A stretch of DNA of 58,236 nucleotides from a virus. Taxonomy: Duplodnaviria; Caudoviricetes. Below, piece after piece: positions 56,669 to 58,236 of the stretch. The stretch's first letter is position 1. Every line of letters starts with the position of its first letter. A program made the position numbers and the translations under genes. The notes beneath the pieces were generated by a model. The model saw only the letters and a list, made by a program, of their open reading frames with translations. It ran no database searches and had not been told where the DNA came from. The DNA lies in IMG/VR virus record IMGVR_UViG_3300024344_000011, positions 1-58,236 of that record; one strand, 5' to 3'.

Positions 56669-57211
56669 CTATAATATATTAAACAAAAATTCTTCTGTAG
56701 TTAAGTCGGGTATCTCATTACCCCATGCGTCCCAATTTGGTCGGGTATCTCTAGCAAACAGTTCTATTCTTGGCTCATGCGACATATGTTCTATGACTTG
56801 AATGGTTTCTCCGGGTTTAGCCGAATGCTTACCTCTCTTTGCATAAACCAGGCTAGGTATATTTCTATGTTTAGGTTTTAAGTTACCTTTAACTCCAAAC
56901 AAACAAATCTCATGTTGCCCTCTAAAATAATATCCAATGCCAAATCTATCTTTAGCCCACACCATGTTGGTTACATATCTAAATCCCCACTCCTCCATAA
57001 CCTCAAGGCCGTCCTTTAAAAAGTTATTTGTAACCCATAAATACAACCAACAATTATCATCAGCTAGGTCGGGGACATTTAATTTCTTGATTTCTTCCGT
57101 TTTCATAAGAGGATAATGTCTATCTGCGCCACGCTTTATCTTCCCCCCACCTTGTTCTTGCCAGGGGGGATCAGCTAATATGGTTTTATATTTTTTATCC
57201 GGAAAGAGCAT
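56669..57211 (-). CDS. MT-A70 family adenine methyltransferase (second copy)
   Basis: LADPPW, LYLWVTN, WGFRY, GIGYYFR, KHSAKP, IELFAR. Confidence 0.92.
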   Translation of the reverse strand: MLFPDKKYKTILADPPWQEQGGGKIKRGADRHYPLMKTEEIKKLNVPDLADDNCWLYLWVTNNFLKDGLEVMEEWGFRYVTNMVWAKDRFGIGYYFRGQHEICLFGVKGNLKPKHRNIPSLVYAKRGKHSAKPGETIQVIEHMSHEPRIELFARDTRPNWDAWGNEIPDLTTEEFLFNIL

Positions 57212-57404
57212 TCATTTTCTCTCTAGTTCTTAACTTCTTGGCTCTTCTTTTTTTCTTATTCTCTTCTTCACGGGCCTCTAAACATTTAATTAAATGCTCG
57301 TATCTCGTTCCTTTTAAAACATTTAAATCAACTTTTGGTCTTCTGTGTGATAAAATTTTTCCTTTGTCTTTGTTAGTTTTTCCAGGGATTAATCTTTTAG
57401 CCAT
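57195..57404 (-). CDS. basic hypothetical protein
   Basis: 69 aa, AAGGAG RBS. Confidence 0.7.
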   Translation of the reverse strand: MAKRLIPGKTNKDKGKILSHRRPKVDLNVLKGTRYEHLIKCLEAREEENKKKRRAKKLRTREKMNALSG

Positions 57405-57541
57405 TTTCTCTCCTTTCTAAAAATTGAATACACTCTCTTGTTTTTTCTTCTTTCTCCCGTTGGGCCTTTACATCTCCCATGATAATTATGAATGCTATAA
57501 TAACCAGGGCAACGAAATACATACTTAATTTTTCATACCAA

Positions 57542-57718
57542 TTAAACATCTTCTCTTACCTCAAAATCTATGTGTTTGATTCCTCTCATTCCTTTTCGGG
57601 CCTCTTGATAGACCTCTAGTTCCTTATCGTCCTCTAAGACTAAAGTAAGGGGCATTGTCCCTCTTGTAAACCTTTTTGCCTCTTTAAGATATTGTATTGC
57701 CTCTTTAATAGTAGTCAT
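57542..57718 (-). CDS. hypothetical 58-aa protein (not in ORF track)
   Basis: TAATG coupling; MTTIKEAIQYLKEAK. Confidence 0.6.
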   Translation of the reverse strand: MTTIKEAIQYLKEAKRFTRGTMPLTLVLEDDKELEVYQEARKGMRGIKHIDFEVREDV

Positions 57719-58173
57719 TACTCGTCCCCAGGAATAGTATAAAGCCTTAACTTAGTCGCAAGTTTATTTATAACACTACGCAAACCACTCTGTTTGTTGT
57801 TAAAATCAATTACAAAATTATCTAAAGTATACTTGTCTACTTGATAATCTTCTTCTTTGTCGTTAAAATACTCCACCAAAATGGCCGGATCAGTCTTTTC
57901 TTTAGATAGATAACTTTCCATATGTTCCGTAGCCCATTCCGTAGGTTTTCTTTTTGTCTTTAGGGGTTTTAATTTTTCGTCCCCCCAATGTTCAAAATCT
58001 TCCCGTTGAAGATTTACCTCTTCTAAATCTGCAATCCCACTATGAGTATATGTATAGAAACCACAGTCTAAACAATTACTTGATACCATATCAAATGGTC
58101 TATTTTCTCCACTCATTATATATCTTTCGCTATCACAATTAGGACAAACGCCACTATCACTCCAACCACTCAT
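57718..58173 (-). CDS. Zn-ribbon hypothetical protein
   Basis: CPNC...CLDCGF; its 5' end also appears at 1-89 via the terminal overlap. Confidence 0.75.
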   Translation of the reverse strand: MSGWSDSGVCPNCDSERYIMSGENRPFDMVSSNCLDCGFYTYTHSGIADLEEVNLQREDFEHWGDEKLKPLKTKRKPTEWATEHMESYLSKEKTDPAILVEYFNDKEEDYQVDKYTLDNFVIDFNNKQSGLRSVINKLATKLRLYTIPGDE

Positions 58174-58236
58174 TTTGCTCTCCTTATGTATTTATGAATT
58201 TCGCAATCTAGCTCTAACATTTTACTTAAAACTTGT
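58085..58236. repeat. Terminal direct repeat, right copy
   Basis: Matches 1-152 with one mismatch. Confidence 0.95.

Noticed and set aside
1-58236. tRNA genes or stop-codon reassignment
   Set aside because: No cloverleaf recognised by eye; long genes are intact under the standard code

Overview
Apparently complete, circularly assembled dsDNA tailed-phage genome of about 58,084 bp; bases 1-152 recur at 58085-58236 with one mismatch. It is AT-rich and podovirus-like in layout, resembling uncultured marine phages of heterotrophic bacteria; the host cannot be determined from sequence. Layout: (i) leftward early operon of small ORFs (~55.2 kb through the junction to 2.57 kb); (ii) divergence point with iteron-like repeats, then terS; (iii) a 2.5-kb island of promoter-gene-terminator cassettes rich in CCWGG/CCSGG and oriented GTCGGG motifs; (iv) holin-like genes, terL, portal, a secreted/membrane protein cassette, Lys/Arg-rich microproteins, GroES, scaffold, major capsid, neck, tail, fibre and large ejection-type proteins; (v) a leftward replication module (primase-helicase, Cas4-like nuclease, SSB-like, Sak4-like ATPase); (vi) three DNA methyltransferases. 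I recognised no DNA polymerase, integrase, RNR, tRNA or endolysin. Top candidates: a C5-MTase split over two ORFs overlapping ~340 nt, whose second part carries five tandem TRD-like modules; the CCNGG-dense island beside terS; a [FYML]xxGG motif shared by probable internal virion proteins; and tandem NrdR-like boxes over a promoter. Family calls are from motif recognition and counts were made by eye, not by database search or computation.
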